Positions 1 through 13,731 of a stretch of 64,000 nt of DNA are shown here, piece after piece; within the stretch, counting starts at the first letter, position 1, and every line of letters begins with the position of its first letter. The notes below the pieces were generated by a model. It saw only the letters and a program-made list of their open reading frames with translations. It searched no databases and had not been told where the DNA came from. Both the position numbers and the translations under genes were made by a program. Source of the stretch: Octopus sinensis (lineage: Eukaryota); NCBI RefSeq assembly GCF_006345805.1, contig NC_043005.1, positions 89,652,001 through 89,716,000 of the forward strand, written 5' to 3'.

Positions 1-2157
1 GGAGATCTCTGGGTGTGTGTGTCAGTGAGGCACAACCTCTTAGTCATCCGAGACCAGTCTGCAAGCTTGGTCTCCAGGCTAAAACTTTTGGAAGGATTGG
101 GAAGCTAAGAATGCAGATGGCGTCCCTTGGTGTCTGCGAAGCCTGTAGCAAGACAGGTTGGATGCTATGTACAGCATTCTGGAATTCAGCCTCACCATAG
201 CTCACGTTTAAATGCCTCTTTTTTAAACTTTTGTTCATGTGAGACGAATTCACACTCTGTTTTTGTTGCTCATTACAACCCCTAATTTTTAGTTTTGGGA
301 AATGAGTGTCTCCTCAAACTTTTTGTATCCCGCTCTGTACAAGACCTCATTTATATTGGAGGTCATGACGCTCAATAACTGAATTGTTTGTCAACCACAA
401 ACGTGTCTCGTCCTGTTTTCAGACATCTCCCCCCTACTTGTGTCATTGAACCAACCTAATTAAGTTTTTAAATTAAAAACTTAATTAGTCCTAATGAAAG
501 ATTCCTCCAACCATCATATAAGTTTTCAATGGATTGATTTTATGGTTTGGTTTTGGTCATCCTGCTGGGTACCCACACCGTTTAGCTTTTCCTTTGATCT
601 GTAATGTGTGTGTATGTGTATACACACGCACATGGATGTGAAGTGAAGATGCTATATAATTTTACAATTCAAAAGCACCACCCCCCACCACTTGTGTGTT
701 GCCTTGGAAATGGTCCATGACTGCTGGCTTCAGTTCTCTGGGTTGACAAACAGGTTCCACCTTATTGAGTAGTAGTGAGATCATCATCAAACGGAAGGAA
801 CCTACTGTTGACCACCAACATACACAAGTTTTCTGTTATGGATGTTCATATCTCTGAGAGGCTTTTCTCTTCCTTGTTGCATCAGATTGATCCAGCTTCT
901 TTTCATAGAATTCATTTCGCTTGTCTCTTTTAGCTGAGAATATCAAAACCATACACCATTGTAGTTATTGCAACTTGTTACTATTTGAAATTGTTTTTAT
1001 GGTCTTTGAGCAGAGATTTGCTGAGGAAATGCATCTTGTTCCTTAACTCTACTCCTTTGTAACACTTGGCACTTTAAGAATGCTGCTCCTCTTTTCACCA
1101 AAGTGAATACGTATTTCACCTTTTGACATAAAATACAAAACTTTACTTTAATTTGGTGAGAAAATTTAGTGTAAATAGCAAAATGCAGGTAACTCTCCCC
1201 CACCCCCCTTTTTCCAGTTTTATTCATCTTTGCAGTATAATTATGATTGGATTCATGTGTGGGTCATGGCCCAGGGGCCTCTTCAGCTCAGAGAAGCCTA
1301 AATCTTGGAGTTAAGAATTTAAAAAAATTATATTTACAGCAATCAAATAATTTGAATCTTTTTAAAATTCCAAAGATTTCTTTTGAAATTTAGTCCTATT
1401 TTGATTTATTGGGCCCTTTTAAGTTTTGGTGCCTCTTCAAATTGTCTGGGGCTCTCTTTATTATCTTTATCTTATGCTTTGAATTAGCAAAATTGTAGGG
1501 GCCCAGGAGCTCTACTAGGTTTGAATCCAGCCCAGTATGCATGCATTTGTATATGCTTAAGGGTATGGATGCTGTAAGTATGTTTAGCTATGTGTGTGTG
1601 TGTGTGTCTCCTTGTTTCTTTCTGTGGAAGAGTGTAGGCTCGAAACGTTAAAGACTTTTTCACTTCCTGAGCATTATACTAATACATCTGTTTGTTGCCT
1701 ACACCACCTGTCTTTGGCTTTTGTTTTCTTTGTGAATTCTCCCCGTATGTATGTATGTATGTACGTATATATATATATATATATATATATATCCTCTGTC
1801 GTGTTTTTGTTCCCAACTTTGACCCTCTATAAATCCTAAATTTCATTTTAGATTTTTATGAGAACTGTCTTTAAAGACTCATATTGTCGTTGAATGCTTG
1901 AAATGAGGAGTAGACAGGCAGCTGACAACTGATGAAGGGTCCTTTCCCTGTGTTTACTTGTCCTGTTTTCCATTTTTTTTCTTGTTGTTTACATATTTAA
2001 CTCACTTGTTTACATATTTCATGTTGTTTGCACTGTTGGTGACGTCCTGTATCCATACATGTATGTATATATATCCTTGCATGTATGTGTTGATAGTAAT
2101 GATCCAAATAAACATTGTGTTTTTCACCATTTCTGTCTGTCTGTGTGTCCATTCCAG

Positions 2158-2235
2158 TTTAAAGCTTACAAAGAATTTGAAAGAAACAAATCCAATATTG
2201 CTGTATTAACAGATGAAGATAAATTTATGTTGCAA
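2158..2235 (+). CDS. FMNL: Formin-like protein, FH2 exon (first in window; gene starts upstream)
   Basis: ccag|TTT...CAA|gtaagt; 78 nt encoding FKAYKEFERNKSNIAVLTDEDKFMLQ, matching the FMNL FH2 'EDRFM' segment; phase 0/0. Confidence 0.9.
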
Positions 2236-3350
2236 GTAAGTGCACCATCTTTACACTTTAATAACTGATGTTGGGGGTTTTTGGCTTTGAATGAATATCA
2301 CAACATCCCCCCATAAACAATATTGGTTTCATCATCATCCTTTCCGCCTATAATTGCCACAGGTATATGTAAGTGATTGCCTTCAGGCATTGGTCTGGCT
2401 GGGTCACATCAGTGCCAGTGTGTTGCTTGTTTGTTGTATGAGAGACAATATTATGAATGGCATCTAACATGAACCACATCATCATCATCACCACTACCAT
2501 CATCATCATCGTCATTATTGAAACCACTACTGAAGAAAATTCCAAGGTTGTGAAAGAGTTCTCATGTAAATCACATCACTGACTGGAAATGACTTTGATA
2601 TTTAATTGAAGATTTTCTCTACCATTTTCTAGCGATGCCTAATCAAAATATTTGGTCTTAGACTGAAATCGGTTTTAAAAGTGATGTGTTAAACCAAGCT
2701 GGTTCTTATTCTGCAGACCTACACATTATTACTGTTCATGTCAGGCATACATTACGGAATACATTACGGGATGTGTCTTCCCTTTTTTAAAGACAGGTGA
2801 TATGTGCTATAAGTTTAGCTATTGTTTCTAGCAAGTCAAGCATCCATTATAGAAGCTTCCCCCCTTGGTCAAATGTTCACATTTTCACATGATGTGGTAG
2901 TGAGAAATTTTTTGGTGAATACAGGGAAATAATCCTTTAATACTTAAGTCACACCCCTTATTTGTCTTTTTTATTCTTAACTGAATGTAGAAGGTGAACG
3001 TGCATGGCTTTGTGGTTAGGGTGTTGAACTCAGGATCTCACAATTGTGGTTTCAATTCCCAGACTGAGTGCTGCATTGTCCTCTTGAGCAAAACCCTTTA
3101 CATTGGTCCAGTTCACTCAGCTATGAATGAGCAGCAACCTTATGGCAGCCTGGGGCAGTGTGGTGACCTTGGTCACTCATGCACCAGAGAAACTGGCTAA
3201 CTGACCCCATGAGTTCTAAGACTTGAGACAAGAATGTCCTCATGTTGATGATGATGATGATTGGTTTAAAAGGAATATTTTTAGTAATTTATGTCACAAC
3301 AAAATGTATGTTTTTACTTATTTATTTCTCTCTCTGCATTTCTTTGAAAG

Positions 3351-3437
3351 CTTTGCAAAGTCGAGCGTCTATCCCAGAAGTTACAGATCATGAGTTTTGT
3401 GGGTAACTACCACGATAACATTCACCATTTGCAGCCA
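3351..3437 (+). CDS. FMNL: Formin-like protein, FH2 exon
   Basis: aaag|...|gtaag; 87 nt encoding LCKVERLSQKLQIMSFVGNYHDNIHHLQP (FMNL 'KVERL..M.F.GNF' motif); not in the ORF track. Confidence 0.92.
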
Positions 3438-4175
3438 GTAAGTTGATTTACTTCCGTTTCACTTGGTTTTCAGATCCTTTCACCAGAATCATGGCTTCTT
3501 TTTCAGCAAGAGTTGTTAATTTGTACTGATTACAAATAATTAACAATGGACTTTCGTTTGTAGCAATGTTTTAATTGAATCATTTACGTAAAACGGAGTA
3601 ATTTCAATCAGTAAATGCAGTTCCTTTGTCTGTCCACTGTTGGTGGGGCAACCAAAGTCATTAACATTATTTGCACTTGTTGGAAAAAAAGTCAATTCAA
3701 ACATAATTTACATCAATTCAGTCCTTCAGCATTCAGATTATTTTCTCAAATGTAATGCTTATTTATTCACATTGTTTTGGAATTAATCGTGTGTTAGTTT
3801 ATAGCTTTGAGATTTTGATGTAGGGTTGGTGTAAGAGGCCAGATCTGGCCAATTTGAACATAAAACACAATATTTTGGCCAGATATGGCTGGATTAAGTG
3901 CTAAATTAAAGTTATTTTTTTCTTTATTCTTGTTTACAAAACCCAGAAAACCTTATTTCTGTCCTCACCTCCAACTTTATTCTATTTTTGTGATATTTCT
4001 CTTTCTCTGATTTCCCAACTTGCCAAGTTTTAGTCATAACAGATTTTTTGCAAGAAAATCTTGCAAATTGGATTCCTTTTTTTTTTGTTCCAAATCCTAA
4101 TCACTAATAAAAGTTTTTTTGTTATTTTTGTTTGTTTTTCTAATCAATTTTTTGTTTTGTTTTTCTCTCTTTCAG

Positions 4176-4244
4176 CAACTAAATGCATTGATTGCTGCTT
4201 CTATGTCCATAAGAAACTCTCAGAAGGTCAAGAAGATGCTGGAG
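4176..4244 (+). CDS. FMNL: Formin-like protein, FH2 exon
   Basis: ttcag|...|gtaagc; 69 nt encoding QLNALIAASMSIRNSQKVKKMLE. Confidence 0.93.
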
Positions 4245-4387
4245 GTAAGCCTCCACCCAATTTCTCTCTCTCTCTCTCTCTTATTTTGCATTCTTTATTT
4301 TTCTGAAGACTGCCACTTAACTCTCTATTATTCTTCATACAAAAATATTTCACAAAGGACATAAAAACATTTATTTTCTGTCCACAG

Positions 4388-4468
4388 ATTATTTTAGCAT
4401 TTGGTAACTACATGAATAGCGCGCGGAGAGGTCCAGCATACGGATTTAAATTGCAAAGTCTTGACATG
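4388..4468 (+). CDS. FMNL: Formin-like protein, FH2 'GNYMN' exon
   Basis: cacag|...|gtaag; 81 nt encoding [27 protein letters not shown], the FH2 signature GNYMN...GFKL.SL. Confidence 0.96.
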
Positions 4469-5192
4469 GTAAGATGTAACATTTTTATCAATATTCATTG
4501 GTGTGTGAAGTATCTTCTGTAGATGAAGAGAAGGACCAGTCATTAGGATAAGAGCCAAGCCATTGTCAAGGGTTTTTCCATCTTGAGAGATCTTCAGTGA
4601 TTGTGAGATGCTACAACTGAAGTGAACCTGAGGGTAGGAGGTGAGTGAGGGAGGGGTGTGGGATATGAGGATGTTTTCTTTGTATCAGTATTAGTGTTTC
4701 AGTTTTGTTGCTGCTGAAGGAGACAGAATTGGTGTGTCCCCACTGGAGGATACTTTTCTGGTCCATGTTCATGGGGTCAGCGTGGGTTTGTTATGAAGTG
4801 TCTAGATTGTGAGTGGATGATGTGAGCATGTCTGTGTGTGGGAGGTAGAGAAGAAAGAAGTGTAGTGTTTAAAGGTGGGTGCTGTTTGATGTAGCAGCAA
4901 GTAAGTGATTGAGGAGGACAAAACCAGACCTTCATTTGGGAATGCTGAAGATTTTATAATGAAAGACTCTTTTGAGTCCTATCAACAGACACAATCCAAA
5001 AGACTATAGTAAACATATTATAGAATTTGGAACATTATAGAATTTGGAACGCATACCTTTATTCTGTGTACTTTTCAAAAACAAGTTCCTTTGGGAAGCT
5101 TTTAGAAGACAGTTACCTTTGCTTGTAACAGAAGAAGATTTAAATATTTTGATGGAGATTGTCTATATTTGAATGTTTGTTTTATTTTCCAG

Positions 5193-5322
5193 TTGTTAGA
5201 CACAAAGTCCAGTGATAAGAAAATCAACCTCATGCATTTCTTAGTTCATACAGTTCAAGAGAAATTCCTTGACATTATAAACTTTGAAGCTGAGTTGAGA
5301 TTTATTGAAAAGGCTGCTCTTG
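5193..5322 (+). CDS. FMNL: Formin-like protein, FH2 exon
   Basis: ccag|...|gtaagt; 130 nt encoding LLDTKSSDKKINLMHFLVHTVQEKFLDIINFEAELRFIEKAAL, ends phase 1. Confidence 0.94.
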
Positions 5323-6965
5323 GTAAGTCTATAAGTTTTCTCTCATTTACACTGCTGTCATTATTGTACAAAGGCTGAAGTCTGCTCTACTCATGAACAC
5401 ATCCATAGCAAATGCCTCCTTTCAAGTATCATTTATTTGACATTTTACTAATTACCATCCATCTTCAAATAATTAATCTAGGATGAAAATGTCTCATTTT
5501 ATAGATAACGAAGGACATTTTACTCTGTTTTGAGAATCTGATGCATTGAATTCAGGCAAGTTTAGCATGTACAATAAATCAAACAGGATATTTTGTTTTA
5601 AAGATCAGGGTATGAATTAGTGCTTTATTTTTTTTTAAGAGGAATGGAGTGAAATATTCTGGGGAATAGAATCAGTCAGATATATCAAATTTTAAGAATT
5701 TTTGATAGGGGCTAGAATTCTTGGAATATACTGTAACATCTGTCTTAAACCCCTTTCAAATATTCTTATCTAAAAGTGGTAAATCATTGGGTATTGGAAA
5801 ATGAATTGCATTGAAGCTAAATATAACAATATATAGTAAGATTGCAAATATTAAAAGGGGTTTTGTTGTGAGATGAAATAATTAACCAGAATGATTAAAT
5901 GGGCTAAGTAAAAGAAAGGAAAAGAGAACAATGCATGGAATCTCTCTCTTGAAGACCTGCTATCATCAGGAAGTGACATTGAAGTGGAACATTTTACTCT
6001 CAAAAAAGAAGGAAAAAGCTGAACATAGATGAACAGAAGAGGCTCATTTGATTCTTGTGAGAATTTTGGTCTTTCTTGAAAATGGACTTCATATCTTAGC
6101 TTTCCTCATCAAATTGTTTTCCCTTTTTAGAAATACACAGTAGAAATACTTAATAGGTGACATATTCTTCTTTGGTAAATGTACCAAGTTGTACCCATGC
6201 AGGACCATTTGGTCATTACTTAGACACAACAAACAATATACAAAAGGTATCTGAAGATCTGTTGGAATATAGAACTACAGTATCTATCAATATTAAAAAA
6301 AAAAATTATTACTAATTTATGTATTAAAAGGAAACAATCTTAGATACATTCAACCATAAATATATAATTGTCAGGAACTCCTTAGCAATGAGTAGTTAGT
6401 TTCACACATACCATCTGCTTCTTATTTTTTCACTGCATTGAATCACTATGCAAGTCATTGACAGTTTCTGTGTGGTTTAACATTCCATGAGAGAATGTTT
6501 TATGTCATAACCAGTGTGTTTTAATACCAAATTACCTATTAAATATTTGTTTTCCTTACATTCTCTTCTGTTAAGTGATTCCCAGCATTTTCCTACTTTT
6601 ACTCTAACCATAGTGTAATAGGAAGTTCTTGACAAACTAAACTGCCATGTCTGCTCCAGTTTCTGTACACTCGTGTTTCTTGAAGAAGATCAAACACTCA
6701 CTTCAAGTACTTGTAAATAAATACCACGGGGAGGTATACCATGACTTCTAGTTCTTCATATAAATCAGTGAAATCTATTTTGATAGCTTGCCATGTTGGT
6801 TCAAATCTTCTTTAAAGGAACTAGTCTAAAGTCCAGTCTGTCTTCATTCTACAAAATGTTCCGTAAATTCATAGAATGTCATAACAACTCTTGGATTTAA
6901 TGGGAGTTGAAAATTACTCTTTCTATTTTGTAACTTCAGTAAATATTTTAATTTTATATTTTTAG

Positions 6966-7138
6966 TGTCATTAGAAAACATCATGACAGATGTTCATGAG
7001 CTTGAGAAAGGAATGGAAATATCTAAGAAAGAATACCAGACCCGGAAGGAGCGAGATGCTCCAATTGTATTGAGAGATTTCTTGGGAAGTTCTGAAGAAA
7101 AGTTAAAAAAACTTATAACTGATGTCAAAACAGCAAAG
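6966..7138 (+). CDS. FMNL: Formin-like protein, FH2 exon
   Basis: tttag|TG completes V; VSLENIMTDVHELEKGMEISKKE...LKKLITDVKTAK|gtttgg; phases are compatible with both neighbours. Confidence 0.93.
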
Positions 7139-8502
7139 GTTTGGATGAGGTTTCTTTTAATCATGTCTCATTTGAGATTCCTTCTACAAATGTCTTTCAT
7201 ATTCTTCATTAACTTTGTTACCGTTATTATTATTAAGGAGGTCAGCTGGCAGAATTGTTAGCATGCCAGACAAAATGCTTAGTGGCATTTCAAATTCTGA
7301 GTTCAAATTCTGCTGGCATCCGCTTTTGTCTTCCATCTTTACAGAGTTGATAAAATAAATACCAGTTGAACCCTGGGGTTGATCTAATCGACTTCTCTCT
7401 GCCCAACAAATTTCAGGACTTAATCCTACAACTGAAAGAATTATTATTATTTTAATATAACCAGCATCTGTAGATGTATCTCCTGATGTTTATGTGTGGT
7501 GATGCTTGTCACATTATTGCTTCGTTTTTATGACTCACCAGGACCACTTTTCATAGCCTCAGTGTCCATTCTGTCTTCACAGATTCCAATGGAGACATGA
7601 ATCATTTTGTTAACCGGCCAGTTCCATACTCTGTTGCCCTTATGAATTAAATGTTGAGTCTGATGGAATCCTTTTTTTCTTATATTTTGTTGCATAGAGT
7701 TGAGACCTTTAAGAGCTAAGCATTTTTGTTAGATTTTGAACATTTCCATAAATAATTTGGTTGAAAGTTTTTCTAACAAACTGTTTTTGAAATGGCCCAA
7801 ATTTTTCTTGTGAGTGAAAACTACATTTGAATTTAAGTTGATTAGATAATTAGAAGTCATTCATTAAAATCTAAAACAAATCAGTGGAACATATCTGTGG
7901 ATAAAAGGCTTTACCTAAATTATTTTTCAAATTGACTTTGAGAAAGTTGACCAAGAACTGCTTTCTTTCTCATTCTAAGAATTTTCTGTCCAACTACATT
8001 CAACTACGACACCCACCAGTTAAATATTTATGCTGAACTCCTGTAGTTGTAGGCACCGAACCGCTTGCTCAGGGTAACTTGTGAACACAGAAACCAATTA
8101 AAAATAAGGTCTTGATATTTCAAAGAAATCATTATTTCCACTTTCACGTCTCTCTCAGATCATGGAAGAGGTAATAAGCTGTGCTGGATATGTTACTGGT
8201 CCTTCAAAGTTCCAAGTTTACTTAAAAATCCATCTTTCATTTTTGCAGGATTAATAAAATGCCAGTAATATTGATTTGGTATAAAGTTTAGAATAAAAAC
8301 CATCTCCACCTCTTTTAGGAATAGAAGTTAAGAGATTATATATTAAGATCAGAAATGGAACACAAGTTTTGGTAGATACATTGAGAGAAGAAATGGATAT
8401 TTTGCTTTGACTCTGTAATTAGTTGACATGTTAATTATTTCAAGTTATAAATTTCACCTATGTGCGTTTTTTTTTGCCTTTTTTAATGTTTTCTATTTTC
8501 AG

Positions 8503-8604
8503 GATGCCTATCATCGGGTTGTGGAATACTTTGGTGAAAACCCCAGGATGGTTTCACCAACAACATTTTTTTCCCAGTTTGTGCGGTTTGTGAATGCGTT
8601 TAAG
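8503..8604 (+). CDS. FMNL: Formin-like protein, end of FH2
   Basis: ttcag|DAYHRVVEYFGENPRMVSPTTFFSQFVRFVNAFK|gtacgt; conserved YFGE and FF..F..F motifs. Confidence 0.94.
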
Positions 8605-9048
8605 GTACGTGACCCGTATCATTTTTTTCTTTGCATTGGCTAAGGATATTTAAAACAGTCATAACTGATTAAAGAAGTAATTGGAATCAATATATTTTGT
8701 GTTATTGATCTAGTTGACCAGTTGTAAAGTGACGTTTAGTTAAAATTTGGAAAGCTATGTTATTTACCTCCCTTTGCTTCTTATAATAAAGGATTCAACG
8801 CAGTTACGTCCCTTGATAACTTTTCTAATTACCTGATTGTACTTTATCACTGATATGCAATCTTATTTGCCGGTGGCTCCACCCTTAAATTATGTAAATC
8901 TTGATCCAATACATGACAAATATATAATTTCTTTCTTTTGGAACTTGAAACCGAATGATTTTCGTTTTATCAGGTTTCAAAACTACATAAGTTAGTATTA
9001 TAAACTGTTGGTGTTAATTTATTAAAAGGGTTTTTACACAAACACACA

Positions 9049-9128
<80 letters not shown>

Positions 9129-10117
9129 AGAGCCTGACTGTTTAACATTTGTAGAATATTACTTATTCAATATTTTATTCAGTAAGTATTAAACATGGCA
9201 GTGCAACTTCTCCGTATTAATTTAACAACTCTTTTTGTTGCCACATAAAAAAGATTAATGTCAGTGCCACGTAAGAAGCACTGGTGCCATATAAAAGGCA
9301 CACAGTGCATTGTGTAAAGTTGTTGGCGTTAGAAAGGGCACCCATCTGTAGAAACCATGCCAAAACGGACAATGGAATCTGGTGCAGCTCCTATCAAACT
9401 GTCCAACCAATGTCAGCGAGAAAAACGGATGTGAAATGATGATGATGATGATGATGATAAACCTCATTGGATTGACCTTATTGACCTTCCCTTCTGTCCA
9501 TCAAAGATTGATAAAACCAGTGTCAGTCATTTAGTGACGTTAATTCCTCTCCAACAAATTAGTTGCCTTGTTTGTAATGTTGATGCAACCAATCAATTTG
9601 GAGCTCTATATCGGAATTATCCAAGACCGATTAGGCTACCAAGAGTTTGCCAAAGTACTTTCCACTAAAGCTTACTTGATTTTAATACAATTTAGTCAAA
9701 TAAAAAGAGGCAGGCCCATAACCTTTGCAATCCCTTCTAAACTGACGAGAGATTCATCTGGTTGATATTCAGCCTGAACATCACCATTTGTTGTAACCTT
9801 CGAACAAAGCAGTTTCTAGTTTTGTAAACTAACAAAGCATTCAACAGTTGATTAGTGCTCCTACTTGAATCCCTGTTTTAAGAGATAACTTGATGTGTTT
9901 TTTTTTTTTTACCTCTTCATGTGTCATTTGAGATCTGTTGAAGAAATATCTTTAGTTTGCTGTTTTTAATTTAATTCTCATTTTTATTTGGTATAAAGTC
10001 AGGTTTTTATTAATCGTCTCATTTTAAACCACAAACGAAATATAGATGTATTTTTTTTTGAAAGAAACCCTAATATGAACAGTCTTTGTTTTAATTGAAA
10101 TAATTCTCTCTTTACAG

Positions 10118-10222
10118 CAAGCAGTGATTGACAACGAACGACGGAAAAAGTTAGAATTTGCTGCTGTTGATGATGTCTTACCACCAACTCTGCAAAAGAA
10201 GAAGGAAAAGCGATTAAAAACA
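10118..10222 (+). CDS. FMNL: Formin-like protein, post-FH2 coiled-coil exon
   Basis: tttacag|QAVIDNERRKKLEFAAVDDVLPPTLQKKKEKRLKT|gtgtgt; the donor is weaker but keeps phase 0. Confidence 0.8.
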
Positions 10223-10932
10223 GTGTGTATCATTATTATCATCATCATCACCATTAGTAGTAGCAGTAGTTAACCCAGACACAATTTCCTTTTCCCTCCC
10301 TCCATCTGTTTTCTCTCCTCATTCCTTTCAGTTGAAGAGCATAGGCTCGAAACATCAAACACTACTTCCATTTTTCCTGAACATCAAACTAATACACCTT
10401 GTTTGTTGTTCCCTCACCTGTTACTGTCTTGTGTTTTTGTTTAATTTTGAATCATAATAGTAGTTGTAGTAGTTGTCAGGGTGTGGGCATTGGTAGAACT
10501 CAACTACTCTTTTTACATAACTCTGACTCCATTAACAAACCTGTTAAATGAAACTGCCTTGGGGCAGACAGAGGCTAAGGCTGGAAAGCTTTGGGTTAAA
10601 AACTGAAATAGAAAGCAATACCAATGCCTTGTTATGAATAATTACAAAAATAGAACAAAAAAAGATGTTTACATTTATTAATATTGTGATATTAAAAATA
10701 ATATCTGTAATAATTCGAGCAGTTGGTTGGACAAAAAAAATATGGAAAAAAAAACAAAAACCATACAAGGTGTAGTGCATGGCTGTGTGGTCAGAAGTTT
10801 GTGTCCCAACTACATGGTTGCAGGTTCAGTCCCACTGTGTGTCACCTTGGGTGTCTTTTACTGTAGCCTAGGGTTGACCAAAGTTTCGTGAGTGCATTTG
10901 GTAGATGGAAACTGAAAGAAACTTCTTGTGTA

Positions 10933-10976
<44 letters not shown>

Positions 10977-11607
10977 CACACACACACTCACACAGATACA
11001 CACATATATATAATCATTTAGCATCCACCATGCTGGCATGAGTTGGAATGGTTTGACCAGCGTTGGTAAAACTGGAAGGTTGCACCAAACTCCAGTCTGA
11101 TTTGACACGGTTTTCTACAAATAGATGCCCTTCCTAATGCCAACTACTCCGAGAATGTAATGGGTGCTTTTATGTGCCACCAGCATGGGTGCCATTTGTG
11201 TGACATCGGTATCTGTCATGACTATGGCTTTGCTCAGCTCACCATCTGACAATGGGACACACCACCACCACCATATACCAGACACCAGACTCCAGTTGTT
11301 TGATTTGGCTAGGTTTCTTCTACAGCTGGATGCCCTTCCTAATGCCAACCACTCTGAAAGTGCAATGGGTACTTTTTATGTGACACCTGTACCAGTGCTT
11401 CATACGTGGCACCAACACCGGTGCTTTTATATGGCACCAGTACCAGATATGTAGTCCAAGGATGTAATAATGAAATAATGTAATTCAAATTGTATGTAAG
11501 AGAAGGGACCCGAAAAGAACTTGAGAAACCCCAAACACGAATCCCACAACAAGACAAAAACTGATGTGCTATTGTTATCATCAGCATCATCATGTGGTAT
11601 ATGATGG

Positions 11608-11835
11608 CAGCAAGCTGGCAGAATCGTTAGCACGCCAGGTGAAATGCGTAGCCGTATTTCGTCTTCCGTTATGTTCTGAGTTCAAATTCCACCGAGGTTG
11701 ACTGCTTTTCATCCTTTCGGGGTCGATAAATTAAGTACCAGTTATGCACTGGGATCGATGTAATCGACTTAATCCGTGTGTCTGTCTTTGTTTGTCCCCT
11801 CTGTGTTTAGCCCCTTGTGGGTAATAAAGAAATAG
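11608..11835 (+). mobile_element. tRNA-derived SINE family A (best copy); degenerate copies at ~7236-7440, 13490-13690, 35630-35850 (+) and 53790-54010 (-)
   Basis: gctggcagaatcgttagca (A box)...gagttcaaattcc (B box)...tttcatcctttcggggtcgataaattaagtaccag central domain, recurring across the window. Confidence 0.8.
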
Positions 11836-12087
11836 GTATATGAACATAATTTTACATTTTTTAAAAGACAATGTTGCATATATCTCTGGGACATTGAAGT
11901 GCACCTGATGGCGGTGGTGGTGCAGCAGGAACTTTCAGAAAACTGTTGAAAGTGTTAAAGATAATAATAATAATCATTGAATGTCTGTTTTCCATGCTGG
12001 CATTGGCTGGATGCCAATAATAATAATAATAATAATAAAAAGTGAGGTTAGCATGGTAAGTAACTGTTACTTTTTGGCTTTTAATAG

Positions 12088-12196
12088 GAGGCAGCTGCTG
12101 CAGAAGGAACTAAAACGAGGACCAGACAAATCAAAGAGAAAAAACTTTTAAACAAAGACGAAGTGTATCATGGCGCTCTGGAAGATATTCTTTTAG
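12088..12196 (+). CDS. FMNL: Formin-like protein, DAD core exon
   Basis: aatag|EAAAAEGTKTRTRQIKEKKLLNKDEVYHGALEDILL+G|gtaagt; GALEDILL is the DAD core seen in Drosophila Frl; ends phase 1. Confidence 0.9.
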
Positions 12197-13692
12197 GTAA
12201 GTCTGCAATTAATTTATTAATTAATTTTGCAATGATGTTTAATTTAGTCGTTTTATTGTTGTTGGGATTGGCAGAATTGTTAGAACATAGGGGGAAAAAT
12301 GCCTTGTGGTGTTTGGTTTGGCTTTTTCTGTTCTTCAAATTGAAGTCCTGTAGAGATCAACATTGCATTCATTGTTCTGGAATTGATAAAATTAAGTAGC
12401 ACTGAAGGACTAGGGCCAATGGTATGAATTAAAGCCCTTCCCCTCAAGAATTGCTGGTGAAACCCTTCATGGCTGAGTTTCTGGAGTGTATTGATAAAGA
12501 AACTGGAAAAACTCAAGATTTTATTGCCATGACTTGATGATACAACCTCAAGTGTTTTATATAAAATCCCTTAATTAAAGGTCTCAACATTCTGGGATAT
12601 TTTTTTCCTATACTTTTCCCTTTTTATAGACAGATTTCTTTCTATGTATGTGATGCTTTGAATGGGGAAATACTCACAGACAAAATTCAAATATTAAGTG
12701 TGTCATCTGGGTAATCTGATGTTAGAATAGTTGAGGGTAGAGATGACAGTTTTGTGTTGATGTGGAGGAGTTTTGGTGTTGTGAAAGGAATGTTAAATGC
12801 TAATCCAAAATACCAAAGTATTAATATTGAAATAAAACTTTGTTTAAATTGTGATTCTGTGGCAAAATTATGTTAGCATATTGCCCTACAAACAAACTAC
12901 TATCAGAATTAACTCATTTCTTCACATATTCCTTAATTAAAATTGTCTTGATTAACACAGTTATATTAGCCATGTTATGTCTGTATTGTTGCTACACTGA
13001 CTTTGTGCTGTGTTGATAAGGTACTCTGTTAACAAAGAACATGTATTTGACATGACAATGTTACCATGGCTGTTGGCTTGCATGGTGTTATGTCAACACA
13101 TTTTAGTGATAAATCCAGTGGTTTTATTCATACCAAACTGACTTGGTTCTTCTCTTCCTCAAATGGTAGATTTTTTTTGTCTTTAGAACTTTGGGGATTG
13201 CAATGAAAACCTGTTCAGGAAGCTAATGTCAAAGAGATAATTCAGTTATAGTTTCAACATTGAATGCATAGAATTATGGAAATGGCATTTAGACACAGCA
13301 GTTCTTTCAAATGTTCTGCTTCTAAGATTCAGTTGATTTGCTTATACCTTAGTTTGTAATTAATGGTTTCCCTTGAAAAAAATAATTTGAAAAATTTTTA
13401 TATTCTATTTTTCTCACCCCTCTACACACTCCTACTCAAGGCTGACTGTCCATAATGGTTCTTTCTCTCTTGTATAGAGAGTAAGAATAATTATTAGAAT
13501 GTCGGATAGAATGCATTACAATGTTCCAATACTTGACCTTTTAAGTTCAAATTCTGCACTGGTCAACTTTGCCTGTCATCCTTCTGGTTCTTTGACAAAA
13601 ATAAAGAACCAGTCAAGCACTGGAACCAATGTAATCAGCTTGCCCCATCTGTCCCAAACTTGCTGGCCTTGGGCTTAAATTAGAAACAGTAT

Positions 13693-13731
<39 letters not shown>

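Noticed and set aside
1925-1965. CTGATGA-aggg..ccct as a hammerhead
   Set aside because: No GAAA after the hairpin and no helix III or NUH site
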